From Chiloscyllium plagiosum (taxonomy: Eukaryota): DNA of 64,000 bases. The notes under the pieces were generated by a model. That model was given only the letters and a program-made list of their open reading frames with translations. It did not search any database and was not told the origin of the DNA. Of this stretch, positions 1 through 35,959 are shown piece after piece (positions within the stretch are counted from its first letter, which is position 1; each line of letters starts with the position of its first letter). The position numbers were made by a program, and so were the translations under genes. The DNA lies in contig NC_057718.1 of assembly GCF_004010195.1 (NCBI RefSeq), positions 39,736,579-39,800,578 of the forward strand. The letters are read 5' to 3'.

Positions 1-570
1 AGTTCCGGAGCCTTGAGGTGTTGTATAAGTTGTATAAGACTCTGGTGCGGCCGCATCTGGAGTATTGTGTGCAGTTTTGGTCGCCATACTATAGGAAGGC
101 TGGAACGGGGAACGGGTGCAGAGGAGGTTTACCAGGATGTTGCCTGGTATGGTAGGAAGATCGTATGAGGAAAGGCTGAGGCACTTGGGGTTGTTTTCAT
201 TGGAGAAAAGAAGGTTTAGGGGTGACTTGATAGAGGTGTACAAGATGATTAGGGGTTTAGATAGGGTCGACAGTGAGAATCTTTCCACGTATGGAGTCAG
301 CTATTACAAGGGGGTATAGCTTTAAATTAAGGGGGTGTAGGTATAGGACAGATGTTAGGGGTAGATTCTTTACACAGCGAGTCGTGAGTTCATGGAATGC
401 CCTGCCAGTAGCAGTGGTGGACTCTCCCTCTTTATGGGCATTTAAGCGGGCATTGGATAGGCATATGGAGGATAGTGGGCTAGTGTAGGTTAGGTGGGCT
501 TGGATCGGCGCAACATCGAGGGCCGAAGAGGCTGTACCGCGCTGTATTCTTCTATGTTCTATGTTCTATA
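1..570 (+). mobile_element. CR1-clade LINE, 3' end
   Basis: ORF2 C-terminal peptides ([37 protein letters not shown]) followed by a 3'UTR ending in (ttctatg)n. Confidence 0.9.
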
Positions 571-1214
571 GAAATCTGGGACTTGTCTGTATCCAATTTA
601 ACTTACACATTAGTGCTGAGAAAATAATAACTAAGAAAATGCTAAAATGGCTAAGACCTGCCTTGGATATCAGAATGGTATTTTATATTTGTAAAGCAAG
701 TTCTTTCTTAGAAACAGGAGGCTAAGAAATCACCAGCAAAAGGATAATGATCACTTCCAGCATCTTAACATGTCAATAACTTTCACAGCACAAGTCATCA
801 AGTAAACCTTCAAATCAATTTAAAAAGGACATGTAAAATAACTTATGAATGTTAGAAATCAGAAAATACAGAACAGCCAGTATGAGAGGAAAGATGAAAT
901 TGAGGCTGATGTTTGAACATCTCTACCAATTGCAAAATGATCTGCTGTGCATTTTGAAGTTTCAAATGACAGGTCTGTGTCAAAAAAATGAACGTTTGCA
1001 ATGTCTGGCACACATTCTAATAAGGATTGTGTTGACTGAGGTAACATTTGTCTAAAAGCTAACTTTGCTGAAATTACACAAAAGGGTAAGTATTGATTAA
1101 CAATATTTCATCAAAACCATCTTGATGTGTATTTTAAGATAGAACTTTTCTAATTTGCTTTTTCCTCATGTAGGTCGACAAAATAAATGAAATTTTATAT
1201 GAAGGATTCAATTT

Positions 1215-1710
1215 AGAATCATACAACATGGAAAAAGACCCTTCAGTCCACCTCATCCATGCTGACCAGATATCCTAAACTAATCTAGTCCCATTTGTGA
1301 GCACTTGGTCCATATCCCTTTAAACCCTTCCTATTCATGTACCCATCCAGATGCCTTTTAAATGTTGTCATTGTACTAGCCACCACCACCTCCTCTGACA
1401 GCTCATTCCAAACACACGCCACCCTCTGGATGAAAATGTTACCAATTCGACCCCTTCTAAATACTTACCCTCTCATCTTCATCCTATGCCCTCCAGTTTT
1501 AGACTCCCCTTCCCTGGGGAAAAGACTTTGTCTATTCACTCTATCCATGATTTTATAAGCCTCTATAAAGTCACCCCTCAGCCTCTGACACTCCAGGGAA
1601 AACAGCCCCAGCCTATTCAGCCTCTCCCTACAGCTCAAACCCTCTAACCCTGGCAACACCCTTGTAAATCTTTTCTGAACCCTTTCAAGTTTCACAATAT
1701 CTTTCCTATT
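1215..1710 (-). mobile_element. CR1-clade LINE, 3' fragment
   Basis: ORF 1465..1695: KLERVQKRFTRVLPG...RGDFIEAYKIM; tail gattcta. Confidence 0.88.
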
Positions 1711-1816
1711 TGGTCTGGAGATTTGTGCAATTTAAAACTTGCAAAAAAACTCTGCAAAAAATGTTGAACCTGTAGCAGCAACTGTCTCTTTGCATTAAGT
1801 AACTATCAAACATTTG

Positions 1817-3557
1817 GGGTGCCACAGTGGCTCAGTAGTTAGCACTGCTGCCTCACAGTGCCAGGGACCCAGGTACGATTCCACTCTTGGGCGACTGTGT
1901 GGAGTTTGTATTCTCCCTGTGTCTGTGTGGTTTTCCTCTTTTTCCTCCAGTTTCCTCCCACAGTCCAAAGATGTGCAGATTAGGTGGTTTAGCAGTGCTA
2001 AACTGCCCATAGTGTCCAGGGATATGGAGGTTAGGTGAATGAGAGTCAAGATTAGAATGGTGCTGGAAAAGCACAGCAAGTCAGGCAGCATCCGAGGAGC
2101 AGGAAAATCAACATTTCAGACAGGAGCCCTTCTTCAGGAATGAGGCTGGGAGCCTCCGAGGTGGAGAGATATAGGGGAGGGGTGTGGGGCAGGGGAGAAG
2201 ATAGCAAAGAGTGCAATAGTGGATGGAGGTGGGGATAAAGGTGATAGGTCAGAGAGGAGGCTGGAGCGGATAGGTAGGAAGGAAGATTGACAGGTAGGAC
2301 AGGTCATGAGGATGGTGGTGAGCTGGAAGGTTGGAACTGGGGTAAGGTGGGGGGGATGGGAAATGAGGAAACTGGCGAAGTCCACATTGATGCCCTGGGG
2401 TTGAAGTGTTCTGAGGCGGAAGATGAGGCGTTCTTCCTCCAGGTGTTGGGTGGTGAGGGAGTGGCGATGGAGGAGGCCCAGGACCTGCATGTCCTCGGTA
2501 GAGTGGGAGGGGGAGTTGAAGTGGTCGGCCATGGGACGGTGGGGTTAATTGGTGCGGATGTCCCGGAGATGTTCCCTAAAACGCTCTGCGAGAAGGCGTC
2601 CGGTCTCCCCAGTGTAGAGGAGACTGCATCGGGAGCAATGGATACAATAAATGACATTTGTGGAAGTGCAGGTGAAACTCTGATGGATATGGAAGGCTCC
2701 TCTGGGACCTTGGATGGAGGTGAGGGCCTTGGACGGAAGTGAGGAGGGAGATGTGGGCACACCTGTGGTGGCAGGGGAAGGTGCTGGGAGAGGAGGGAGG
2801 GGAGGGTGGGTTTTTGGGGGGGGACCATGAACCTGACGAGGTAATCGCTGAGGGAATGGTCTTTACGGAAAGCCGGTAGGGGTGGGGAGGGAAATGTCGG
2901 TGGATGATGCGACTTATGCGGAGGTGGAGTGGAAGGTATGGTGGGATGGAAGGTGAGGACTGGGGGGGTTCTGTCCTTGTTACAGTTGGAGGGTGAGGGA
3001 CGTGGATGAGATGCATTGGAGGGCATCTTTAACCATGTGGGAGGGGACATTACAGTCTTTAATTAGTGTGTTTTGTGGTGGAACATGTCCTCCTGAGAGC
3101 AGATATGGCGGAGGCAGAGGAATTGTGTATAAGGGAAAGCATTTTTGCAGGAGGTAGGGTGGGAGGAGGTGTAATCCAGGTAGCTGTGGGAGTCAGTGGG
3201 TTTCGTCGTTGATGGAGATGGAGGGGTCCAGGAAAGGGAGGGAGGTGTCTGAGATGGTCCAGGTGAATTTATGCTCGGGGTGGAATGTGTTGGCGAAGTT
3301 GATGAACTGCTCAACCTCCTCGTGGGAGCACGAGGTGGCGCCGATGCAGTTATCAATGTAGCGAAGGAAGAGGTGGGGAGTGGTGTCGGTGTAACTACAG
3401 AAGGTGGACTGTACTACGTAGCATAGCATCTGCAGTCCTCACTTTCATCTCGGCTAGGTGAATTAGCCATGGGAAAATGCAGGGTTACAGGGACAGCATG
3501 GGATGCATGCTGGGTCAGAATGGACTTGATGGGCCAAATGGCCTGCTTCCATGCTAT
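1817..3557 (+). mobile_element. HE1/V-SINE-type tRNA-derived SINE, split by a Penelope-like insertion (parts 1817-2040 and 3452-3557)
   Basis: A-box tggctcagtagttag, B-box-like ggtacgattcc, V-domain gtttcctcccacagtccaaagatgtgcag; the SINE resumes after the insert with a CR1-like tail. Confidence 0.85.
2041..3451 (-). mobile_element. Penelope-like retroelement (Neptune-like), 5'-truncated and frameshifted: RT C-terminus, GIY-YIG endonuclease, 3' terminal repeat
   Basis: LRYIDNCIG...LPFLD (RT), KPTDSHSYLDYTSSHP (thumb), FTCTSTNVIYCIHCSRCSLLYTGETGRLLAERFREHL (GIY-YIG); near-perfect TSD gg(t/c)taggtgaat at 2029-2040 and 3452-3463. Confidence 0.9.
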
Positions 3558-4120
3558 GATATTGAGGAAAAGAGAATGCAGTTTTCTACAACATTGTTGA
3601 CATATTTTCTTCCAAGAACAGAAGCGTTATGGAATGAAGTGTTAAATGACTGACCAAGATATGAGCCTCCACTTTGGATCTTCATTTTTAAGTGATGTGG
3701 GCTAATTAAATGTTCTGCACTGTAGCGATTCAACAATTCTATTAACATGTACCTAAATGCTTATGCATTGTAATCATTAGTAAGTTTTATCTGTTCAGAA
3801 TCAATCAAGGGTAAATCTGTTAGATTTATGAAACAGTAATGGAACAGAATACTAAATGAGTAAGTAGTACAGAGATAATTTTGGGTGTTAACTCGGTGAA
3901 AACATCAAATGCTAGTTTTTCAATGTAAGCTGGGTATAAAAACACAAAACAAATAAACCTGGCAGAAAGACAGTGCAAAGTGCTTTGAGACAAACAAGTG
4001 AACCAAATCAACTCTTTTTTTCATAATATAGCAGTTAGGCCCAGTACGGCTCACTGCAGCACTGCACACTCAAAGTTGAAATGTGCAATATTACTTTACG
4101 TGTTTGAATGTCATCCCCAC

Positions 4121-26943
<22,823 letters not shown>

Positions 26944-27659
26944 CTGTGAAAATTTAAAAAAGGCATTATGTATAGTTATGTTTTCAAACTCACATATTGC
27001 TCTGTATTTTAACATGGTGCAGATAGGATTCAGATTGCTGATAAAATTAGTACAGAACAGGATTCACTGCATTAACACACAACTCTATGCCATTAGGAAT
27101 TTGGTTAGAATTCAGTCCAGGGATGCAGGTTACCAAATGTTTCTCGATGGAAGCACCTACTAATACCACTTTCAAATCAGTTGTACATTGATGCACAATC
27201 CAGCATCTGCAGTCATTGTTTTTACCTATACTATTATCTTTATTAAAGCCAAGAAATTTAACATCCTGAAGGTAACGTGGGAATTCAATGCAGAGGGGAA
27301 GAGGTATTTTTTGATTTTTTGGACTCATTATGAGAGTTTCTTTTTACAAAAAACAGGTTAAATTTGGGGTGGTGGTGGAAGCGGGGGGGAGGGGTGTAGG
27401 CGGGGAAGGGAAGGGAGTNNNNNNNNNNNNNNNNNNNNNNNNNNNNNNNNNNNNNNNNNNNNNNNNNNNNNNNNNNNNNNNNNNNNNNNNNNNNNNNNNN
27501 NNNNNNNNNNNNNNNNNNNNNNNNNNNNNNNNNNNNNNNNNNNNNNNNNNNNNNNNNNNNNNNNNNNNNNNNNNNNNNNNNNNNNNNNNNNNNNNNNNNN
27601 NNNNNNNNNNNNNNNNNNNNNNNNNNNGAGGGGATGGGAAGGAGGGAAGAAAAGAAAGA

Positions 27660-27880
27660 GTTACTTGGATGCTGTGTCTTAGGATGCAACCAGTGTTGTC
27701 TGCTACAGAGGAACTTGGAGTGGGTTGGGAAAGATCCAGTTGTCATGGTTCACGTCGGTATCAACAATATAGGAGAAAGAGGAAAGAGGCTCTGTTGAGG
27801 GAATGTGAGCAGCTAGGGATTAAATTAAAAAGCAGAACCAAGAAAATGATAATTTCTGGATTACTAACTGAGCATGAAAC
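27660..27880 (+). mobile_element. CR1 ORF1 esterase (SGNH) remnant
   Basis: VVMVHVGINNIG and, after a frameshift, EALLRECEQLGIKLKSRTKKMIISGLL. Confidence 0.7.
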
Positions 27881-28337
27881 TTTTCTGAAAGCATCAATGC
27901 CCACGTATGGCCCATATAGACAGGTCTCACTTGACAAATGCAGTTGTCCCTGCAACCTGTTCAGAAGCAGTTCTTTCAGGAGATGTTGAGAAGTCTATCA
28001 GAAGTTTCTCAGAAGAATGACTCCATCCATTTCCTCACTCTCACGCTGGACTTTCAAAAAGGATTTCTCCAAAACGATGGAAAAGGATGAGTTGACGGGT
28101 TTTCTATTAACAGGTTAGATCCCAACTGCCTTTTCCAGACAATATCCAAAAAAAACCAAAGTTCTTACAGCCATAAACCCAGGTATATGACTTTTCGGTC
28201 AACAGGTCCAGACAGTTCCATAGTCTGTAATGCTCCAATATGTTGAATTCCTTTGTCACTTCTATTCTGTGACTTTTTTTTACACAAAGCATGACGTACA
28301 CTTCTCCAAAAGTGTATAGACTTTCTAAAAATCAACT

Positions 28338-28410
28338 TTTGGAGCAGGTAGGACTTGAACCCAGGCTTTAGGCTCACAGGTAGGGACACTACCACTGTAC
28401 CACAAGTGTC
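28338..28410 (-). mobile_element. Short tRNA-derived SINE head
   Basis: Minus strand tgtggtacagtggtagtgtccctacc...gggttcaagtcc (A and B boxes); related copies near 22410-22460 and 37510-37760. Confidence 0.7.
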
Positions 28411-30854
28411 CCTGAAGGTCATGCCATCACAAGATGTGGAGGATTGTCAAACCTCTTGTACATTACACCCTTTATCCAATCTTTTCAATTCTTGTTTCTA
28501 TATAAGTAGTTCTCACGTAAACATAACGTAAACATATTCTCACTCTTAGTGCATGTCACCTCATCTTGGAAAATGAGAGGATTTGTCTTACTGCTTAAAG
28601 AGCCCAAGGATGCGAATCATCCAAGAACTAGGAATGACATCACATGACCAGCAGCCATACAACAGACTCGGGATGTGCACGCACGTTGCTCTCAAACTGC
28701 AAGTTATCAATTGATTTGTTAAGTAAACTTGTTTGAGATTCTGATGTAAATTGTACCTGAGCTTCTTACTAAGCCCAGTATGAGAGTGATAATTCCAATT
28801 TCAGAAAAACAACACAAGAATACAGCAGTTGTCCTTTGTGCTTTATGCTCCTATTCTTCTCAGGAGAAGTCTTGTGCTTGTAAAGTGCGATCAAAGGATC
28901 TCTGTCAATCTGAAGTTCTATTTGTAGATGGCATGCATTGCTGGCATTAAGTAGTGGCAGAATGTGACTGATTACCAACTTCACAAAAGCAACTGGGGTC
29001 GTGCTACAATTCCTGGCCTTTTCAGTACTGCTCACATCCAATAACATTCGTCTTTTTTTAAACTGAACTCACCAACACTTGAGGAGATTGTTGGAACTTG
29101 TGTTCAGAAAAACAATAATCAAAAAGGAACAATTCGTATTTCAGTAAAAACCCTACAAATTTTTATCAAATAAATCTATGGATATTGAGCTCAATGGGCT
29201 TAAAAATCAACACAATTTTTTTATTTTAGGAAATGAGGATAACATTCCACACTGCAAGATCGTGCAAAAAATAAAATCCATCTTTGAAGAGAGGTATCCA
29301 GTATGAAAAACTAATTGTTTCCTGGGACAAAATTATACTTGGAAGATTTGTAAATTGCATCTGGAGGGGCAATATTTCTTGCTGGATTGCTATTTTCTGC
29401 TTTTTTTTCCAATGAGAATTTGTATTTTCTGGGCATATCTGTTGCAAATTATTTTTGAAAACATACTTATAAAATTAAAGCAGTCATCACTTTTCAAGTG
29501 GAAGCTGAACAGAGAATCAAATGTCTGCAGAATTGAAAGTACCATGAAAGGAGAAGTAGCGTTAGAATTTATTTAAGGCATTTTTCAGCTTATTTGACTG
29601 AGATCACTGCTGGGGACTAGAATTTACACATTTTTGATGATTTCAATATATTTTTGATTGAATGCTTGTCTTCATACATTGACACAATTTTCCATCCTAA
29701 TGTCCTGGCACTAATTCCCTTTTGCCTCAGGAGAGAGGATAAAGTGACTGTCATTGACATCAAAGCCGGGGAAGAAATGGGGAGAACAGAAAAGAGGAGA
29801 TTTGAGAACTACACCGTTTGTTGGTGGCAGTTGAGAGGGTGGGATTTATGAAACCCTCTTCAGCTCCTGCTTGAATTTTTCCCACTGCTCTAACACTTTA
29901 GGTAGCTATTTTCAGTCTCTTTTTGTCAAATCATGTGAGAGCTTCACAAAATTAGCCTTTTCCCAAGTTAAAATTTCACTCTTGGTCTGCTGTTGTCCTT
30001 TACTATAACTATTCCAAATCTAAATGAATAATGATCTCAGCCACTAAAATGTTCTGGCACTGACACCTCTTTCAGCTGCTCAGACCAATTCCCTTCATTT
30101 TCTTGAGTTTACTCCACATACTGGCTAAAACAGTTCTCTTGAACGCATTTCAAGAATTCTGCGTCCTGTATTCTTTTCATTCTATGTTTATTCCAGTTAA
30201 TATTATTGTATGTAAAAACTTCCATTTGTATCTGCATTTCTCTGCAATCTACCTACATTCATAATGTATCTCCTCCTGATGTTTTTGGTGAATTTACTAT
30301 ACTTCTAAAAGCAGGACTCCCCATTTATATATCAGTTCAACTCTTGCACCTTATTTTGTGCCCTTTCTAGCCCACCATCTTTCCTCAGATGCAATTGTTT
30401 CTTTGGCCAATATTGTCAATTTGCTTTTTTAAGAAGCTCTAGCACAATGCCATTTGAAAACCCTTCAACTAGAAAGACTGCATTGCTCTCCTAGTTCTCA
30501 TGGTTCTGTATTAATCAAACTATATCATGCTTCGAAGTGTATGCTTCCTCAGCTCACCTGCTACATTTACTTGACTTGTTTGCTGTCACAGCAGTTATTA
30601 CCCTTTTTAAAATACTTTATCACTTTTAGCTTTGCTTTTTCTCCTTTTGAACCTACACTGAATTCCCATCTTCTTGCCAAAATTCAAACTTTCAGTTCTT
30701 GGAATAATCCAGAGATTAGCACCTTTGAAATTCTTTTTTTGAAACTCCTTCCCTTGCTCTCTGAAACCTGGTGTATGGTCCCATCCCTCTATGTTCATAT
30801 GTCACCTACAGCAATAAAGACTGTGACTTCTGGCCATTACCCTACATAATACCC

Positions 30855-31660
30855 TCCTGACAAATGTGAGGTGATGCATTTAGGCAAGACTAATTCTAGA
30901 GCGAATCATACAATGAATGAAAGAGCCTTGGGAAAAGTCGATGGGCAGAGAGACCTGGGAGTGCAGGTCCATTGCACCCTGAAGGTTGCTGCACAGGTGG
31001 ATAGAGTGGTCAAGAAGGCATATAGTATGCTTGCCTTCATTGGATGGGGTATCAAATATAAGAGCTGGCAAGTCATGTTAAAATTGTACAAGACATTGGT
31101 TCGGTCACATTTAGGATACTGTGCACAGTTCTGGTTGCCACATTACCACAAGGATCTGGATGCTTTGGAGAGGGTACAGAGAAGGTTTACGAGGATGTTG
31201 CCTGGTACGGAAGGTGCTAGCTATGAAGAAAGGTTGAGTAGGTTAGGTTTATTTTCATTAGAAAAAGGAGATTGAGGGGGGACCTGATTGAGGTTTACAA
31301 AATCATGAAGAGTATAGACAGGGTGGATAGAGACAAGCTTTTTTCCAGGGTGAAGGATTCAATAACGAGAGGTCACACGTTCAAGGTGAGAGGCGGAAAG
31401 TTTAAGGTGGATACATGCGGCAAGTACTTCACACAGAGGGTGGTGGGCATTTGGAACATGTTGCTAGCAGAGGTGGTAGAGGCAGGCACGGTAGATTCAT
31501 TTAAGATGTGTCTGGATAAATGCATGAGTAGGTGAGGAGTAGAGGGATATAGATGCTTACTAATTGACCGACAGGTTTAGACATTACATTTTGATCGGCT
31601 CAGGCTTGGAGGGCCGAAGGGCCTGTTCTTGGGCTGTAAATTTTCTTTCTTCTTTGTAAT
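30855..31660 (+). mobile_element. CR1-clade LINE, 3' fragment
   Basis: ORFs 30871..31275 and 31272..31535: MHLGKTN, QRDLGVQV, LYKTLVRSHLGYCAQFW, RGDLIEVYKIM. Confidence 0.92.
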
Positions 31661-32179
31661 TCAACAATTTAGAACAGAAAGGAGAGCAAGTTAGAAGTCA
31701 ATAAATGGATATTAGCAACACCAGTCAATTCCCTATTTGTCTTATCGGTACCATCCTGCACTCACCTTTGAAATGAAGCAGGCATTAAGCTCTCTTGCCG
31801 TGGCATGCTAATTGAGAATGCTGTCAAAGGTTTCCCTATTATTAGCTATCACAAGCCTACAATCACTGGACAATATACACAATGGAATTTCTCCAATTCT
31901 ATGTGCTACACAATTGACTTCATCTATAACCATGTAAACTGGATTAAGTGATTTGCACACTGTGCTAGCTTAATGCTGAAACAAGGTAATAGCTGTGCAG
32001 TATCTCAAAGCCATCCAAAGGATCATGACCACTCTGATCAGATCATTTCTTGTCATATGTCACACAAACTCAGGAACAGGTCAAAGGCTGCCAGTTTCTT
32101 GCCCTGGAAAGTGCCCAATCTACTTCAGATTAAAAGGAAAGTATCTCATATTTGAGCAACAGGTGTCTATATGCAGTAG

Positions 32180-32920
32180 CAACACAAGCCAACAGGATGC
32201 TAACAATGACACTGAGCCAAAAAGACATTCTGGCTATCACACGGTTGAGTAATGTGGTATATGAATTTCAGTGCCAGTGTGATGCTAGGTACGTAAAGTA
32301 TACATCCCAAACACTGACAGCTTGTATCAAACAGCATGCACCTTTGGCTGTTCGCAATAGACATGGTACTGACTGCAGCCAAGCAGCTGGTGCTTACAAA
32401 ATTCTAAATATTCGATGTGATTCCATTCGATTGATTAGACAACATTTTGCTAAATAAACCCGAGTGTACTAAAAAGTATGCTGACAACCTATTGAAGGTC
32501 ACCAATTGTGCTCAGAATGTTGCATACTAGAAGCCACATACATTAATACACAGGACCCTTTTTTTTGTGGACATAAAGAACATGTACATATATTGCACCT
32601 ATTTCAACTTAACAAAGTAGAATGCAGCCATGCTCTGCTCTTTCCCTCCGGGCAATGCTTTGATCAATCAGAATCAAATGCATGGTTTAAAGCTGAACAA
32701 AACTTGGTACTTCACTGTCAGTCTCCATTTAACTTCTGCGGTTTCTATGACAGTACCCATAATAGAGTCCATTTCGCAACCACTCTGCACAACCTACTCA
32801 GAATATTAAAAATGCTGTCCCCTTTACATTGCTTTTTCTTGTGAGTTGCCCTGATGAGTCGATGTGAAAAGGTTTGACAAAATGTGCACTTTTTCAGCAG
32901 TACTTAAGTTCTGTACTACC
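32180..32920 (+). mobile_element. Decayed Penelope-like element (GIY-YIG region and 3' end), distinct family
   Basis: SNVVYEFQCQCDARYV...CIKQHAP; ILEATYINTQDP; degenerate ctgatgag...gaaa at 32851-32870. Confidence 0.7.
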
Positions 32921-33677
32921 AAGAATCTACTGAATACCAGGCAACCTCAGGAAAATATTGGTAATATGCCTTAGCGCAATTTAAAAATAAATATCTAATT
33001 CATAATAAAATATGAAGATTTCTTATTTTCCTGGATTGAAATAAATCAAAATGGATTCTACCTTTTTTCCCCTCTGTTGAGCTTATTCCCAGCTTATTCT
33101 AGATTGCAGAGGTCAATAGACTTGACAAATCTCACTACTTGGCAAGGACTCATTCATGTTTGTGTTGGTAAAGTAAATTTGATATGTTTCACTAGGAGAA
33201 AAAGGTGCTTCTGAATGTTTGCTCCACATCAGCAATTTGTCACTTTGACCCAACCGTTTACTTCTCACTTGATTCTAAAGTTGACATCTGTAGCAATATG
33301 TATTTGCACATCTCCAGCTTCCTACCTACATCCCACACTGCAAGGGAACACACCTCAATTTCTATTAGCATCCACGGATATGCTCAGCTAGAGAAACTTG
33401 TGACTAAAGTTTTGAACAAAATTACCAATTGGTCTCGAGATTTGTAATGACTCATGTCATATACAACAAAAGCTTGCCAACATTTACCACCTGCTACATC
33501 AAGTAGTAGCTACATAGATGTAAATGTAATACCATTGTGTGACTGCCATGTCAATACACAGCAGTTCAAGAAACTCAAGATAAGGCATCCATGAAGTGCT
33601 GAAGGTTATCAGCAGAATTAGATTCAATCAAAATCAGTAACCTGAAGCCCATACACATTCCTCACTTTTCCATTACC

Positions 33678-33850
33678 CCAGGAGCAGGAGGGTCAATGTT
33701 TCAAGTGTAAGCTCTTCATCAGGAGTTGATGAAGAGCATGTGCTGGAAACGTTGACTCTCCTGATCCTCTGATGCTGTCTGACCGGCTGTGCTTTTCCAG
33801 CACCACACTTTTTGACTCTGATCTCCAGCAATTGCAGTCCTCACTTTCTG
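33678..33850. mobile_element. Family-A palindromic PLE-end insert with two head-to-head degenerate hammerhead cores
   Basis: ...tttcaagtgtaagctcttcatcag gag ttgatgaagagcatgtgctggaaacgtt...; imperfect TSD cactt(t/g)ccatt(a/g)cc. Confidence 0.8.
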
Positions 33851-35959
33851 CCACTTTGCCATTGCCATCAAGCCAAGGCATCAATCCTACTACAAATGAA
33901 GAGTTCAGGAAAGCATGAAAGGCACAGCATCAGATATACCTAAAGATAAGCCTTCAGTTGATAAATCTACAATACAGCTTATTTGCATGCCTATTTGATA
34001 GTAGACATGAAACAATCTGTCATGGTTGTGCCTGTCAGGAACATGGCATCAATCTCAAAGGAGGGTGCCTGTAAACAGGAAAGTGGCTTGAAGTGTGTAT
34101 ACTTCAATGCAAGAAGTATACGAAATAAGGTAGGTGAACTTGCAGCGTGGGTTGGTACCTGGGATTTCGATGTTGTGGCTATTACAGAGAGATGGGTAGA
34201 ACAGGGACAGGATTGGCTGTTGCAAGCTCCACGGTTTAAATGTTTTAGTAGGGTCAGAGGTGGGGGTCGCAATCCTTTCTTCTACGTCTCTAGGACTATT
34301 AGGAGGCCTGTAGAAAACTCCTAATAGGGTGACCTCATCTTTCCTATTCCGAACCTCAGCCCAAACTACCTCAGATGGCGAGTCTTCGTCCATCGTCCTT
34401 TCCACCGCTGTAATACACAGGCCTCCTAATAGTCCTAGAAATGTAGAAGAAAGGATTGCGAGGATGATTGAAGAGAAGAGTGAAAGTAATAGGGTGGTTG
34501 TAATGGGGTCTTTAACTTTCCTGATATTGATTGGGAAAGCTATAGCTCTAGTTCGTTAGATGGGTCGGTGTTTGTCCAATGTGTGGGAGGGTTTCCTGAC
34601 ACAATATGTAGATAGGCCAACAAGAGGTGAGGCCATATTGGATTTGGTTCGGTAACGAACCAGGCCAGGTGTTAGAATTGGAGGTAGGTGAGCACTTTGG
34701 GGACAGTGACCACAATTCGGTGACTTTTACTCTAGTGATGGAGAGCGATAAGTGTGCACTACAGGGCAAGAGTTATAGCTGGGAGCAGGGAAATTATGAT
34801 GCGGTGAGGCACAACTTAGGGTGCGTGGCTTGGAAAAGTAGGCTTCAATGGAAGGGCGCAATTGATATGTGGAGCTTGTTCAAGGAGCAACTATTGAGTG
34901 TCCTTGATAAGTATGTACCTGTCAGGCAGGGAGAAAAGGGCCATGTGAGGGAGCCGTGGTTTAATAAGGAATTGGAATCCCTTGTTAAAGGGAAGAGGGC
35001 GGCCTATGTAAAGATGAGGCGCGAAGGTTCAATTGGGGCGATTGAGAGTTATAAGGTAGTCAGGAAGGATCTGAAGAGAGAGCTAAGAGCAGCAAGGAGG
35101 GGACATGAAAAGTCCTTAGTTGGCAGTATTAGGGAAAACCCTAAGGCTTTCTATAGGTATATCAGGAATAAAAGAATGACTAGGGTAGGAATACGTCCAG
35201 TAAAGGATAGTAGTGGGAAGTTGCGTGTGGTGGCTGAAGAGATTGGGGAGACACTGAATGAATACTTTTCGTCAGTATTCAATCAGGAACAGGACATTGT
35301 TGTCAATGTGAATACTGAGTCACAATTAATTAGAATGGATGGCTTTGAGGTATGTAGGGAAGAGGTGTTGGTAATTCTGGAAAGGGTGAAAATACATAAG
35401 TCCCCTGGGCCTGATGGCATTTATCCTAGGATTCTCTGGGAAGCAAGGGAGGAGATTGCAGAGCCATTGGCCTTGATTTTTATGTTGTCTACAGGAATAG
35501 TGCCAGAAGACTGGAGGATAGCAAATGTGGTTCCCTTGTTCAAGAAGGGGAGTAGGGATAACCCTAGTAACTATAGGCCGGTGAGTCTCACTTCTGTTGT
35601 GGGCAAAGTCTTAGAGAGAATTGTAAGGGATAGAATTTATGAACATCTGGATAGGAATAATGTGATCAAGGATAGTCAGCATGGTTTTGTGAAGGGCAGG
35701 TCGTGCCTCACAAACCTTATTGAATCCTTTGAGAAGGTGCCTAAGGAGGTGGACGAGGGGAAAGCAGTAGATGTGGTGTATATGGACTTTAGTAAGGCGT
35801 TTGATAAGGTTCCCCATGGTAGGCTACTGCAAAAAATACAGAGGTATGGCATTGAGGGTGAGTTGGAGGTTTGGATTAGGAATTGGCTGGATGGAAGAAG
35901 ACAGAGGGTAGTAGGTGATGGCAANNNNNNNNNNNNNNNNNNNNNNNNNNNNNNNNNNN

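Noticed and set aside
2287..3050. Long Pro-rich and Gly-rich ORFs (151-248 aa)
   Set aside because: Alternative frames or antisense of the decayed, purine-skewed PLE; not host genes.
28600..28700. Overlapping CRE-like and E-box-like motif (tgacatcacatgac) in apparently unique sequence, possible intronic enhancer or alternative promoter
   Set aside because: Short motifs occur by chance; no conservation or chromatin evidence available.
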